Shown: positions 18,806 through 28,912, counted from the stretch's first letter. The stretch: DNA of 64,000 nt from Minisyncoccota bacterium (GCA_003487265.1 DNEP01000013.1:24618-88617); one strand, 5' to 3'. The notes: a model not told the origin generated them from the letters alone. Translations and numbers: made by a program.

Positions 18806-19789
18806 ATGCATACGGTACTAGGACTAAGCCCAATGGATGGTGTCACCGACTATCCTTTTCGACATATCACAAAAAAATACGGCAACCCCGATATCATGTT
18901 CACCGAGTTTGTGAGTGTGGATGGGCTCGTGCGTGAAGTTCCAAGGCTTTTTCAAGAATTTCGATACGATGCGCAAGATCATCCCATTGTTGCACAGATT
19001 TTTGGCACACATCCTGAAAATTTTTACAGGTCTACCGTTTTACTCTGCTCGATGGGTTTTGATGGCATCGATATAAATATGGGATGTCCAGCAAAAAGCG
19101 TTGAGGAACGCGGTGGCGGTGCTGGGCTCATTCAAAATCCTTTATTAGCAAAACAAATTATTCAATCGGTACAACAAGCCATTTCTGATTACCACAATGG
19201 ATATCAATCACCATTATTTCAATCTCTTTTTATTCCCAGTTCAAGCATCGCCCGACCGATCACCTGTAGTGTAAAAACGCGAATTGGATATCAACACAAT
19301 GAAGTTGAAAGTTGGATTCTCAAACTCCTAGAAGCTCAACCCGATCGCATCGAAATTCACGGCCGCACATTTACACAACAGTACGGTGGAAAGGCAAACT
19401 GGGAGGCGATTACTCAAGCAGCGCTTCTGTGTCACCAAGCATCGGTTTCGTGTTTTGGCAACGGCGACATCATTTCGTTTCATGATGCACAAGAAAAGGC
19501 CGCACGTTACCAATTAGACGGTATTTTGATTGGAAGAGCTTCGTTTGGAAATCCGTGGGTTTTCCAAGCAAGTCCACCCGATTTATCTTGGACAGAAAAA
19601 TTCAACGTGATGCTTGAGCACGCGCGTTTTTACGAGCACGCCTACCCCGATCGATTTTTCCTCCCAATGCGCAAACATCTTGGGTGGTACGTTAAAGGAC
19701 ATCCACATGCAAAAGAACTCCGCGAACAACTTTACCTGACAAATTCCTCACAAGACGTTGCAAAAGTTCTTAAGAAATTCACGGAGTGA
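18806..19789 (+). CDS. dus: tRNA-dihydrouridine synthase (DusB-like)
   Basis: SPMDGVTD, DINMGCP, VKTRIG, HGRT, GNGDI and RKHLGWY motifs. Confidence 0.93.
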   Translation: MHTVLGLSPMDGVTDYPFRHITKKYGNPDIMFTEFVSVDGLVREVPRLFQEFRYDAQDHPIVAQIFGTHPENFYRSTVLLCSMGFDGIDINMGCPAKSVEERGGGAGLIQNPLLAKQIIQSVQQAISDYHNGYQSPLFQSLFIPSSSIARPITCSVKTRIGYQHNEVESWILKLLEAQPDRIEIHGRTFTQQYGGKANWEAITQAALLCHQASVSCFGNGDIISFHDAQEKAARYQLDGILIGRASFGNPWVFQASPPDLSWTEKFNVMLEHARFYEHAYPDRFFLPMRKHLGWYVKGHPHAKELREQLYLTNSSQDVAKVLKKFTE

Positions 19790-19805
19790 TTTTTCGTACG
19801 AAAAA

Positions 19806-20781
19806 TTATCGATCAAACTTCAAAAAATATTCTTTTGGAAGTGATTCCGTTTTTAAAATATCTATCCACCTAGGCTGTATTTCCGATAGCCTGCGTATTT
19901 TCCCTTTTACTTTACATAGAGGATCCACCACCCTAGATTTACAAAAAACGCTTCCGACCCTTGTTTGCGGATCATTTTTGAATCCAACCTTGTTGTTCAT
20001 TCGATCAAATAGCAACTGCAGATGTGAATCCTCTTTTAAATGCGGGTTTATTTTTGTAAAACCTGTTTGTCGGTAGTATAGAGGTCTGTTTTCGAAATAT
20101 ATTTTTTCTGAATTGCATGCCGAAGATAGTCGCCTACGGTTCGAAACATGACCGCAGAAAATATCCCAGAATAATATTCTGTGTTGATATGTAAAAATAA
20201 CTCAGCAAATTTTTCCGCAGAATCAAGATCGATGAATATCCACTGATCATTCTGTACAGAAAGATGTTCAATAAAGTACTGCGCACTCTGTATTTCCCGA
20301 AACGCCATCGCCGATCTTAGAGAATAATCAATTCGATCCGCGCATAAATCTGGTAGATTTTTTTCCTTCAATGGGAAGTTTTTATCATGAAGCATGTAGT
20401 CAAGATGGAAACCATACTTTTTAAGTATGGCTGAAATCTCGGAATTTTTACAAATGTGGCAAAAATTCGATCTTGATGGTTGTGTGTTTTTTCGGACCCT
20501 TCATCCAACACATAATCAATACAGTGAGAAAACGCAGAATGTGATACGTCGTGAATGAGTCCCGCAATTTGCTCTTCAGTCGAGGCGCCAAATTTCTTTA
20601 ATAGAGCATACACACCAACTGAATGTTCGAAACGCGATAAAAAAGATCCAAGAAAATACGGTTCAATATACCCCGCTTGATCAATATCTCGCAATCGCTG
20701 AACTGTTTTTGATTGGATTAATTCTAATACAACAGGATCATCAACGTGCACAGTTCCATATACTCGATCCGTGTATTGCAT
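19806..20781 (-). pseudogene. HD-domain phosphohydrolase (COG1078/SAMHD1-like) split by two single-base frameshifts
   Basis: The fragments carry QRLRDIDQAG, SRFEHSVGV, IHDVSHSAFSH and ADRIDY. Adding one A at each of two A5 runs (20445-20449 and 20051-20055) restores one 325-aa ORF. Confidence 0.8.
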
Positions 20782-20821
20782 ATTTCTTTGTTGCTATGAC
20801 TGTCTTATCGAACATTCTCTG

Positions 20822-20895
20822 TGCTCACACCAAGATTCGAACTTGGGACCTCACGAATGTGAATCGTGCGCTCTAACCAACTGAGCTATGCGAGC
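20822..20895 (-). tRNA. tRNA-Val(CAC)
   Basis: GCTCGCA-TA-GCTCAGTTGGTTAGAGC-G-CACGA-TT-CAC-AT-TCGTG-AGGTC-CCAAG-TTCGAAT-CTTGG-TGTGAGC-A. Confidence 0.95.
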
Positions 20896-20929
20896 GTGCG
20901 TTTTACCGTCGCGAATCAACACATAACGG

Positions 20930-20958
20930 TTGCAATTGTATCATATGCGACGCATAAT
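20930..20958 (+). promoter_or_regulatory. Sigma70-type promoter TTGCAA-17-CATAAT, 6 nt before the lepB ATG
   Basis: Sequence match and spacing. Confidence 0.45.
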
Positions 20959-20964
20959 AAGGAA

Positions 20965-21570
20965 ATGTTTTCTAAAGTTTTGAAGAGTATTTCAGCGGTG
21001 TTTGCTGTCCTTGCGGTATCGATTGTTGGCGTTATTGAATCTGGAGTAATCGCAATATCCGTTTTTCTTGTTGTGTACTTGTTTATTGCACAACCGCATC
21101 AAGTCGACGGGCTGTCCATGTTCCCAACCTTTCACCACGCCGACTTCGTTCTCACCGATAAAGTTGCATATCAACTTCATTCTCCTGAACGCGGAGATGT
21201 TGTGGTGTTTCACGCACCTCCTCAAGCACAGTGTCCTGCGGGAACAGGATGCGACTATATTAAGCGCGTCATTGCGTTACCCGGAGACTCTGTCGAGGTT
21301 AAGAATAATGTGATCTATATTAATGGGCAAATTCTTCAGGAGCCATATCTTGATTCAACCATTCTCACAACCCCTGGTGCTTTTTCGCAAAATCGTGTGA
21401 TGAAGATGAGAACAGATGAATATTTTGTTGTGGGCGACAACAGACCGCATTCTAGTGATTCGAGAACTTGGGGGCCGGTCACACCAAAAGAAATTGTCGG
21501 AAAAGTGATCTTTAGATACTGGCCGATTTCTTCAGCCCAAGCAATCACAAAACCTAGTTACTCATTATAA
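20965..21570 (+). CDS. lepB: Signal peptidase I
   Basis: GLSMFPT, RGDVVVF, YIKRVIALPGD and GDNRPHSSDSR motifs. Confidence 0.95.
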   Translation: MFSKVLKSISAVFAVLAVSIVGVIESGVIAISVFLVVYLFIAQPHQVDGLSMFPTFHHADFVLTDKVAYQLHSPERGDVVVFHAPPQAQCPAGTGCDYIKRVIALPGDSVEVKNNVIYINGQILQEPYLDSTILTTPGAFSQNRVMKMRTDEYFVVGDNRPHSSDSRTWGPVTPKEIVGKVIFRYWPISSAQAITKPSYSL

Positions 21571-21604
21571 CTTCAAATGTTGAACGTTTTTTGATTCAAG
21601 CTAT

Positions 21605-22435
21605 CTATTTTTTCTCGGCAATCTGTAAAATCGCGTTCAATTGTTCTTGTGTTGCCTCAGGTGATCCTTTGAGCGCTATTACCAGTTTTGTTTCTCGGAT
21701 TGACCGAGTTAACTTCACCTTTGATCGTTCACCGAAATACCCTTGAAGTTTTTTTGTCCATTCGTCGATCTCTTTGGCAACGAGAAAAGGTTTTTTTCCA
21801 TGATTTGTGGATAATGGTTGTCCAGATTGATCTTTCATTCGGCGAGCCAAGTCCTCTGCGCGACGTACCGATGCGTTTTCTTTCAACACAATCTTATACG
21901 CCTCAATCATCAATTTGGGATCTTCTATCGCCGAAAGCGCCCGAGCGTGACCTTCGGAGATTAAACCGCCTAACAGCCCATCCTGAAGCGCGTCGGGAAG
22001 CTTGAGTAAACGGAGGGTGTTAGACACATATGCTGGAGATTTTCCCAATCGCTCCGCAATTTCCGATGCTTGAAGTTTAAACTCTCGTTCAAGTTTTTGG
22101 AACGCTTTTGCACGATCCATCGCATTTAAATCAACCCGTTGCACATTTTCGATAATCGCCATCTCGAGCATCTGCCCCATGGTAGCCGTTTTGATAATCG
22201 CGGGAACAGTTTCCAATCCCGCCAATTTCGACGCCCGCCATCGACGTTCACCTGCAATAATTTGGTATCCTGCGGGAGTGTGCGCGATAACCAACGGTTC
22301 CAAAATACCGTGGCGTTTAATGGAGTCGACAAGCTCTTTGAGAGAGTCCGGATCAATAAGCCCGCGCGGTTGCAACGGATTTGGTTGTAATTGATCAACC
22401 TCGATTTGTGAGATTTGTGTCATTGAAGGAGCCAT
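21605..22435 (-). CDS. parB: ParB/Spo0J partition protein
   Basis: PNPLQPR, IIAGERRWRA, IIENVQR and HTH motifs; SD AGGAGG upstream. Confidence 0.93.
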   Translation of the reverse strand: MAPSMTQISQIEVDQLQPNPLQPRGLIDPDSLKELVDSIKRHGILEPLVIAHTPAGYQIIAGERRWRASKLAGLETVPAIIKTATMGQMLEMAIIENVQRVDLNAMDRAKAFQKLEREFKLQASEIAERLGKSPAYVSNTLRLLKLPDALQDGLLGGLISEGHARALSAIEDPKLMIEAYKIVLKENASVRRAEDLARRMKDQSGQPLSTNHGKKPFLVAKEIDEWTKKLQGYFGERSKVKLTRSIRETKLVIALKGSPEATQEQLNAILQIAEKK

Positions 22436-22444
22436 GACCCCTCC

Positions 22445-22702
22445 TTAGGATGTTTTAGGTAAAACCGAGACAAGTGTTTTTCCGAGTTTTTTGCCAAATG
22501 TAACAATGCCGTCGATCATCGAATAAATGGTATTATCGCGACCAACCGCAACATTCTTTCCTGGCTTATAGACGAGCCCTTTTTGTCGCAAAATGATCTG
22601 TCCGACTTTAATTTGTTCACTTCCGAACTTTTTTACGCCAAGTCTTTTCCCTGGACGTGGTGCCGATTGTCTTGTTGCTCCACCAGATTTAACGTGTGCC
22701 AT
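22445..22702 (-). CDS. rpmA: 50S ribosomal protein L27
   Basis: MAHVKSGG..KRLGVKKFG..GQIILRQKG..GRDNTIY. Confidence 0.95.
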   Translation of the reverse strand: MAHVKSGGATRQSAPRPGKRLGVKKFGSEQIKVGQIILRQKGLVYKPGKNVAVGRDNTIYSMIDGIVTFGKKLGKTLVSVLPKTS

Positions 22703-22711
22703 AGTGCTCCT

Positions 22712-23845
22712 TTATGATGCGACGTATCGAAAAAAATGAATTTCCCGTTGTACGATACGATCATCGTGTTGATATTGAAATGCGTTCTTTTCACGAGTAT
22801 ACCCAAGCGCCTCTATCTTGTCAATTGTGGTCTGCATGTTTTTCACAACTTTTCGCGTGTGAAAAGATGGAAAAATCATACACACCACCGCCCCAGAACA
22901 AAGAACCTTTTTCCATGATTTAAATGCGCCGATATACAGTTTATCCAACCCACGAACAATGTTTTTTACTTCAAGTTCGGTTGGTTGTGTTTTACCCATA
23001 AACGGTTCAGTGATGATACAGTCAATCGAGTTCACCGATACATGTTGATCTACATGTGTGGCATCGCTCAAAAATACCTGAATCTGACGAGAAACGGAGG
23101 AAACTTCGGGCTGATTTGCAATCCACTCCAAATTCTTTTTTGTTCCATCAACCGACATTTGGTCAAGATCAGATTCAACAACGGGAAGACCTAACTCGGA
23201 GGCTTCCATTAAGATTGTTCCCGATCCACAAAAAGGATCAAAAATGGTGGGAGTTTGAACTCCGATCGCAAGCGCTCGAGAAATATTCACCAACATACGT
23301 GCCAATTTTGGAGGAATCATTCCTTTTCGAGCATCGCGGTACGGTTTTCCCATGTCTTTTTTTGCAAACCAGTCAACACCTTGAAAATGTCGAAAGATCA
23401 CAAGATATGTCTGTGAGGCTCGTCGAAACACTCCAAACTCGGTCGCCTTATTATGCTCAGACTGCGCGGAAGATAACCCGAAACCTCCCCCACGCACAAA
23501 CCGCGTTGATACTCCTCGATCCTTCATTTCTTTTTTTATTTCGGATGAAAAGTCGTGCGTGCTCATCGGCGCATAGATACTGAAGGTTTCCACTTTCTCT
23601 TGAATCATGCGCTCGACAATTGCTTGAACAACGTTTTCGTTTGCGTCTGACTCAATTTCTGCAATCACCTCACCTGATTTAATCGATCCACCAGACACAA
23701 AAAGCGCATCACCATATGGAAAATCATCCTCGAACTCAAAAAGAGAGACATTTGAAAAACCATCCGCAGAACGACCAAGCAAACATTCCAACTCATATCT
23801 TGCAAGATCTGGGTATCGACCGTGTAAATAGAGGATGTGCTTCAT
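22712..23845 (-). CDS. Trm11/RlmL-like (UPF0020) SAM-dependent RNA methyltransferase
   Basis: GMIPPKLARMLVN, FDPFCGSGTILMEA and ITEPF motifs. The real start is probably MKHILY at 23845, because the track's extension overlaps rplU. Confidence 0.8.
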   Translation of the reverse strand: MKHILYLHGRYPDLARYELECLLGRSADGFSNVSLFEFEDDFPYGDALFVSGGSIKSGEVIAEIESDANENVVQAIVERMIQEKVETFSIYAPMSTHDFSSEIKKEMKDRGVSTRFVRGGGFGLSSAQSEHNKATEFGVFRRASQTYLVIFRHFQGVDWFAKKDMGKPYRDARKGMIPPKLARMLVNISRALAIGVQTPTIFDPFCGSGTILMEASELGLPVVESDLDQMSVDGTKKNLEWIANQPEVSSVSRQIQVFLSDATHVDQHVSVNSIDCIITEPFMGKTQPTELEVKNIVRGLDKLYIGAFKSWKKVLCSGAVVCMIFPSFHTRKVVKNMQTTIDKIEALGYTREKNAFQYQHDDRIVQREIHFFRYVAS

Positions 23846-23852
23846 GAATGCG

Positions 23853-24167
23853 TTACTTCGCCGAGATTTTCTTGACCAAACACTGCGTGAGCTCTTGGCG
23901 ATGCCCATGCACTTTTCGATAGCGAGACTTAGATTTAAACTTAAAAACGCGAATTTTTTCGCCTCGAAAATGTTTTTGGACTTCAAGTTCAACTTTTGCA
24001 GAGGTAAGAGGCATTCCCAGATCAAGCGAGTTGTCGTCAGAAAAAAGAAGCACTTCTGGTGCAAAAAAGGTCTCGCCTTCTTTTTTATCAACAAGGTTGG
24101 TTTCGATGACATCACCCTCGTGAACGAGTTGTTGGTTGCCCTGCATTTGAATAACCGCGTATTTCAT
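23853..24167 (-). CDS. rplU: 50S ribosomal protein L21
   Basis: MKYAVI..GNQ..V.EGD and RGEKIRVFKFK.KSRY...GHRQ. Confidence 0.96.
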   Translation of the reverse strand: MKYAVIQMQGNQQLVHEGDVIETNLVDKKEGETFFAPEVLLFSDDNSLDLGMPLTSAKVELEVQKHFRGEKIRVFKFKSKSRYRKVHGHRQELTQCLVKKISAK

Positions 24168-24235
24168 AAGACTTGGATTCTAGCAGATATGCGAAGGGGA
24201 AACAAGAGACTGTTTGCGGATATATCTGCAATCAG

Positions 24236-26020
24236 TTACGCGACCAATTTAATCAAGTATCTCGGCCTTCGATTTTCATCTACCATAATATGAAAAACAA
24301 CAATATTTCCGTGTAAAATCATCTGACGGAAATACTTATCTTTCATCATAATTCTCATACGATCAAATAATTCGTACAATCCATCCACAAAAGAAATAAC
24401 ATCGTGAATTTCGACTTTGCGTGAGTTTTCTGCCGAGGCGTTATGCACGATTGCCAAAAGCTGAGATCGTTTCCATTGCAACACATTCATATCATCCCAC
24501 GATATCGTGGAAAAGATCTTATCGAGATCGAGCATTCGAAACACTTTCCAACTTTCTTCGCGAATTCCCTTCAAAATCGTTTTATTTGAGACAAATACAG
24601 GCGCCGCAATGAACTCATCTAAAGTAAGATTGGATTTCTGAACCGTGTCTCGAATTTTTTCAACCCTTCTGGAATTGCGAATTAAATCAATGGTGAGTTT
24701 TGTATTTGGCAATAACGCGTTAAGATCCCGAGAAAAAACAGCAAACGCATCAATTGCAGAAAACGGCGCATAGCCCCCATCTGTAATCACCACCATTTCC
24801 TCCTGATGACTATCATACGGCCAATGCTCTTCAACACCAGCAATGGAGTATCGCGTCACACAGTTTTTTAATAAGAATTTCGCTTTTTGACGAATCGTCC
24901 GATCCGATATCTTTTTTTCGATAAGAACATCTTGGTCTCCAATAATCCATCCCGCATTTTTATATATCACCAGCAAATCCTGATAGAGCTTTTTAAATAC
25001 CTTTCCTGATCCATTCGCATATAACGCATCGATTGCTCTCCAGTTTCGGAGAAGTGATCCGCCATAATCGTTTCGAAAATCACTTGTTTTCGCTGATATG
25101 GTTTTCCCGATTTCAGAAGCAATCGCATCATCGTGCAACATGTGATAGGTACTGACAATCTTCCCTTCTGAAACAAGTTTTTCCAACACATCCTGCGTGT
25201 ATCCCTGTTTTGCAATCAATTCATCGTCAACATAGAGCTCGAGGCCAGCAAAAGTCCCTCCTGTATGCGGATCATATGAAAAGAACGTTGGGATTACTTC
25301 CGCAACATTTTGATTATTTTCCAAAAGTTGCGATCGAAGATGCAAAATACCTTTTGCTGTCATGATTTTACTTAAAATATCCGATCGTAATCCGCCATCT
25401 TTTTGCTCACCGCCTTCGGTTGCATGAATCTGACCACGTGCTGCACACCCCAGATGTGAATCAAGACCGTAGAAAATCGTATCATTTTTCTTTTTCGTAA
25501 AAAGCTCTTTCAACTGTTGTACAACGAACGATTCTGTATCAATAAAAACGCCACCCGCAGTTTGAGCAACCATAAATCCTGTCACCGCACCTGCTGGAGC
25601 ACGCAACACCCCTCCTTCGTGAGGTGGCTTAGAAAACATGACTGTGGGCATGTTTCGACCATCGACGCATGTCACAAAAAAATCGTGATTTTTTTCACCG
25701 ATGAATCGTCGAGCAATCGTTTTTGCCTGTTGAACTTCCGACGACTCTAAATCGTCAGCCCGCTGAATTCTAGAAATATAGTGCTGTTTTGCAAATGCCT
25801 CTACCCAAGAAAAATACCTTTTCACTTTTTCGCGCAATTTTGATTCAGACTGACGTGAAATACAACGGACTGCTTGCAGTTCGACAAATTGATGAATATC
25901 TGATTCTAAACATTCGGGGATTTTTCCTGAAACAGTTGGCGTGTTCATGTCGAGTATTGTACTCCCATCTTTTTTGTATTGTCTAGTATTTTTATATTCA
26001 ACTCTTGCGAAAACAACCAT
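24236..26020 (-). CDS. Large protein with beta-class/CsoSCA-like carbonic anhydrase zinc motifs
   Basis: TCVDGR (CxDxR) and HLGCAA (HxxC). An alternative start is Met at 25948. Confidence 0.6.
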   Translation of the reverse strand: MVVFARVEYKNTRQYKKDGSTILDMNTPTVSGKIPECLESDIHQFVELQAVRCISRQSESKLREKVKRYFSWVEAFAKQHYISRIQRADDLESSEVQQAKTIARRFIGEKNHDFFVTCVDGRNMPTVMFSKPPHEGGVLRAPAGAVTGFMVAQTAGGVFIDTESFVVQQLKELFTKKKNDTIFYGLDSHLGCAARGQIHATEGGEQKDGGLRSDILSKIMTAKGILHLRSQLLENNQNVAEVIPTFFSYDPHTGGTFAGLELYVDDELIAKQGYTQDVLEKLVSEGKIVSTYHMLHDDAIASEIGKTISAKTSDFRNDYGGSLLRNWRAIDALYANGSGKVFKKLYQDLLVIYKNAGWIIGDQDVLIEKKISDRTIRQKAKFLLKNCVTRYSIAGVEEHWPYDSHQEEMVVITDGGYAPFSAIDAFAVFSRDLNALLPNTKLTIDLIRNSRRVEKIRDTVQKSNLTLDEFIAAPVFVSNKTILKGIREESWKVFRMLDLDKIFSTISWDDMNVLQWKRSQLLAIVHNASAENSRKVEIHDVISFVDGLYELFDRMRIMMKDKYFRQMILHGNIVVFHIMVDENRRPRYLIKLVA

Positions 26021-28860
26021 TATTGAAGAATCATTTTCTCTGTTCCCCGCACGATACTATTTACCTTTGCTTTTTGTTTGATTTCTTCTTCATACGCAAC
26101 CGGCCATTCAGGATACTGTATCTTCACCCAATCATTAAATGACACGCCTGCGTTTTTTCGCATCTGCTGAATATCTCGAATAATGCGTCGCACCTCTCCT
26201 TTTTCGATCAATTCGGGAGTCAAGTTCGTGTTGAGTTCCACATACATCTCTGCGTCGGTCTGAACCCACTCGATCTTTTCGATATTTGTTTCAGCTTTGA
26301 TCACATCAAGAATTTGCGGATTGTTACTCTCTGTCTTTGCCATGATTTTCACAGATGCCAATGGTTGTCGCAATGGAATTTGCGCCTCTTTTCGTTTTGC
26401 GTGCATGAGTTCCACAGCGAGTCGCACAGATTTCATTTCGGATTCAACCTGTTCATCACGTACTGACTCAGGACTGTTTGGCCATTCGGAAAGATGTACC
26501 GACAGTTCGTTATCAGTCAATCCAAGATAAATAACTTCTGCGGTTGCAGGACAAAATGGCGCAAACAGTTGCGCGTATACGCGCAAAACATATCGCAACA
26601 CCGCACTAGCTTGCTGTTTATCCTTACCATCAACTTTCATCCGATCACGACTTTCACGAACGTACCATGTTGAAAGATCATCAATAAACGAAATTAACAC
26701 TCGCGATCCTGCAACAACGTCGTATTGGTCCATCGCTTCTGTGACTTCCTGCACTAAATGGGCCGTTTTTGACAAAATCCATCGATCAAGTACATGTGCG
26801 TTTTGTAAATCGAACGTTTCAAGATTTAATTCCTCTGCGTGATCCCCATAAATATTCCAAAATGAGTACACATTCCACAAAATACCTAACACGCGACGGC
26901 GCATCTCATCCACCGACGCCTCACTAAAGTTCAAGTTTTCCCCATTCATCACGGGAGAGCTCATCAAATACAATCGAAGCGCATCCGCTCCGTGCTTGTT
27001 GATCACGGTCATAGGATCGGGGTAGTTTTTCTTTGATTTGCTCATCTTCGAGCCATCCTCGGCCAAAATCGTCCCCGTTGTGAGTGCATTTTGAAACGAT
27101 GGTTGATCGAAGAGGCCGACCGAAAGCACGTGGAGCGTGTAAAACCACGCGCGGGTTTGCGCAATATACTCAGAAATAAACTGTGCGGGGTAGCGACTCT
27201 CAAAAATCTCTTTTCGCTCAAACGGATAATGGAGCGATGCATAGGGCATACTTCCCGATTCAACCCAACAATCAAAGACTTCGGGGATACGAGAGCCTTG
27301 CTCTGTTTTTGCATCATCAACCCAAATTTTTATCTGATCCAAGTATTCGCGATGAATATCGGTGACGTGTTCTGTTTCTTGAGGATGAACTGCCCATGTT
27401 TTTAACTCCTCTATCGATCCAATGATGCGTTGTTTCCCCGTTTTTTCACCGATCCATACGGGCATCGGCGTTCCCCAATAGCGCGAACGCGAGATGTTCC
27501 AATCGGGAGCGGACTCAAGTCCTTTTTTAAATCGACCATATTTAAGATGCTCAGGATACCAATTCATTTTTTCGTTTTGCGCTATTAAGGCAGGTTTCAG
27601 TTTTTGAACATCGACAAACCACGCGGGAACTGGCGCGTCGTACAACCGCGTGTTACATCGATAACACACCGGCACGGCATGTGTGAGTTTCTCACTTGCA
27701 TACACCAATCCACGCTCGGTCAAATCAAGATTTACCGCTTCATTCGCTTCTTTGATCGACATCGAGGCGAACTTTCCGTAGTGCGCCTTCACACGCCCAA
27801 GCGCGTCGACGTGCTCAATCAATAAAATATTGTTTTTTCGCAACACGGGATAGTCTTCCTCACCATACACTGCCAAGGTCACGACGCCAGTACCTTCGGA
27901 ATCGCTCACGAAATCATCCGCAACAACAACCCCAACCTGCTCACCGTTTTGAGGGAGATCAAATGAATACTGCATCTCAAACTTCAAACCATGGAGGTCA
28001 GAGCCGCGTTTTTTCTCGAGAATTGTGTAAGGGCCTTGTTTTTCGAGCATTTCCAAACGTGACTCGGCCAGAATATATTTTTCCTCATTTTGTTCAGCAG
28101 TCACATAGGTTAGATTTGGATTCACCGCCAATGCGGGAGTCGCCAGTTTATTCCACGGGGTTGTGGACCATGCCAAAATATACGCTGATTCTGTTCCAAC
28201 AACTTTATACTTATAGGTCGTGGAGAAATCAGAATCTTGCACATATGAGTTGTCCATCGCTATTTCAAAGTTTGATAGAGGTGTCTCACATCGCGGACAG
28301 TACATGATCACTTTTTTGCCTTCGTATACAAATCCTTTTTTGTGCAGTTGCGCAAACGCCCACCACACCGATTCCATGTACGTCACATCCATCGTTTTAT
28401 ACGAGTTTTTAAAATCCACCCATCGTTCGATTCTACGAATGATTTTTTCCCATTCTTTGTCAAATCGTAAAATTGCGGATCGACACGCTGCGTTAAACTT
28501 GTCGATTCCTAGTTCCTCGATTCCTTTTTTTCCACCTTTCAATCCCAACTCTTTTTCGATCATGTTTTCGATCGGAATCCCGTGACAATCCCACCCCCAA
28601 ACCCGTTCGACACGGTAGCCCTTCATCGTCCAGTAACGCGGAATCACATCCTTGATCGTCGACGCCAACAAATGCCCATAATGGGGCATTCCCGTCGCAA
28701 AGGGAGGGCCGTCGTAGAACACGTAAGGCTTGTTCGATGGTCGCTGATCGATCGATTTTTGAAATACCCGTTCATCATCCCAATACTGCAACACACGTTC
28801 TTCCATTTCTGCGAAGTTTGGTGTTCCTTGTGCTTGATCAACAAAAGTTTTGTTCGACAT
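26020..28860 (-). CDS. ileS: Isoleucyl-tRNA synthetase, type 2
   Basis: DGPPFATGMPHYGH, GWDCHG, WSTTPW, DWNISRSRYWGTP and KMSKS motifs; no C-terminal zinc motif. Confidence 0.96.
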   Translation of the reverse strand: MSNKTFVDQAQGTPNFAEMEERVLQYWDDERVFQKSIDQRPSNKPYVFYDGPPFATGMPHYGHLLASTIKDVIPRYWTMKGYRVERVWGWDCHGIPIENMIEKELGLKGGKKGIEELGIDKFNAACRSAILRFDKEWEKIIRRIERWVDFKNSYKTMDVTYMESVWWAFAQLHKKGFVYEGKKVIMYCPRCETPLSNFEIAMDNSYVQDSDFSTTYKYKVVGTESAYILAWSTTPWNKLATPALAVNPNLTYVTAEQNEEKYILAESRLEMLEKQGPYTILEKKRGSDLHGLKFEMQYSFDLPQNGEQVGVVVADDFVSDSEGTGVVTLAVYGEEDYPVLRKNNILLIEHVDALGRVKAHYGKFASMSIKEANEAVNLDLTERGLVYASEKLTHAVPVCYRCNTRLYDAPVPAWFVDVQKLKPALIAQNEKMNWYPEHLKYGRFKKGLESAPDWNISRSRYWGTPMPVWIGEKTGKQRIIGSIEELKTWAVHPQETEHVTDIHREYLDQIKIWVDDAKTEQGSRIPEVFDCWVESGSMPYASLHYPFERKEIFESRYPAQFISEYIAQTRAWFYTLHVLSVGLFDQPSFQNALTTGTILAEDGSKMSKSKKNYPDPMTVINKHGADALRLYLMSSPVMNGENLNFSEASVDEMRRRVLGILWNVYSFWNIYGDHAEELNLETFDLQNAHVLDRWILSKTAHLVQEVTEAMDQYDVVAGSRVLISFIDDLSTWYVRESRDRMKVDGKDKQQASAVLRYVLRVYAQLFAPFCPATAEVIYLGLTDNELSVHLSEWPNSPESVRDEQVESEMKSVRLAVELMHAKRKEAQIPLRQPLASVKIMAKTESNNPQILDVIKAETNIEKIEWVQTDAEMYVELNTNLTPELIEKGEVRRIIRDIQQMRKNAGVSFNDWVKIQYPEWPVAYEEEIKQKAKVNSIVRGTEKMILQ

Positions 28861-28912
28861 GTTGCTCCTTTTTTACTTTGATTTCTGATTGTTTTCTGTA
28901 CGGTTTTCCTAT

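Noticed and set aside
19790-20895. Possible integrative element at the 3' end of tRNA-Val
   Set aside because: I saw no duplicated tRNA 3' end and no integrase.
20866-20964. GTG-start extension of lepB
   Set aside because: It overlaps tRNA-Val on the opposite strand and the putative promoter.
23846-24115. 90-aa N-terminal extension of the methyltransferase
   Set aside because: It is an alternate-frame overlap with rplU.
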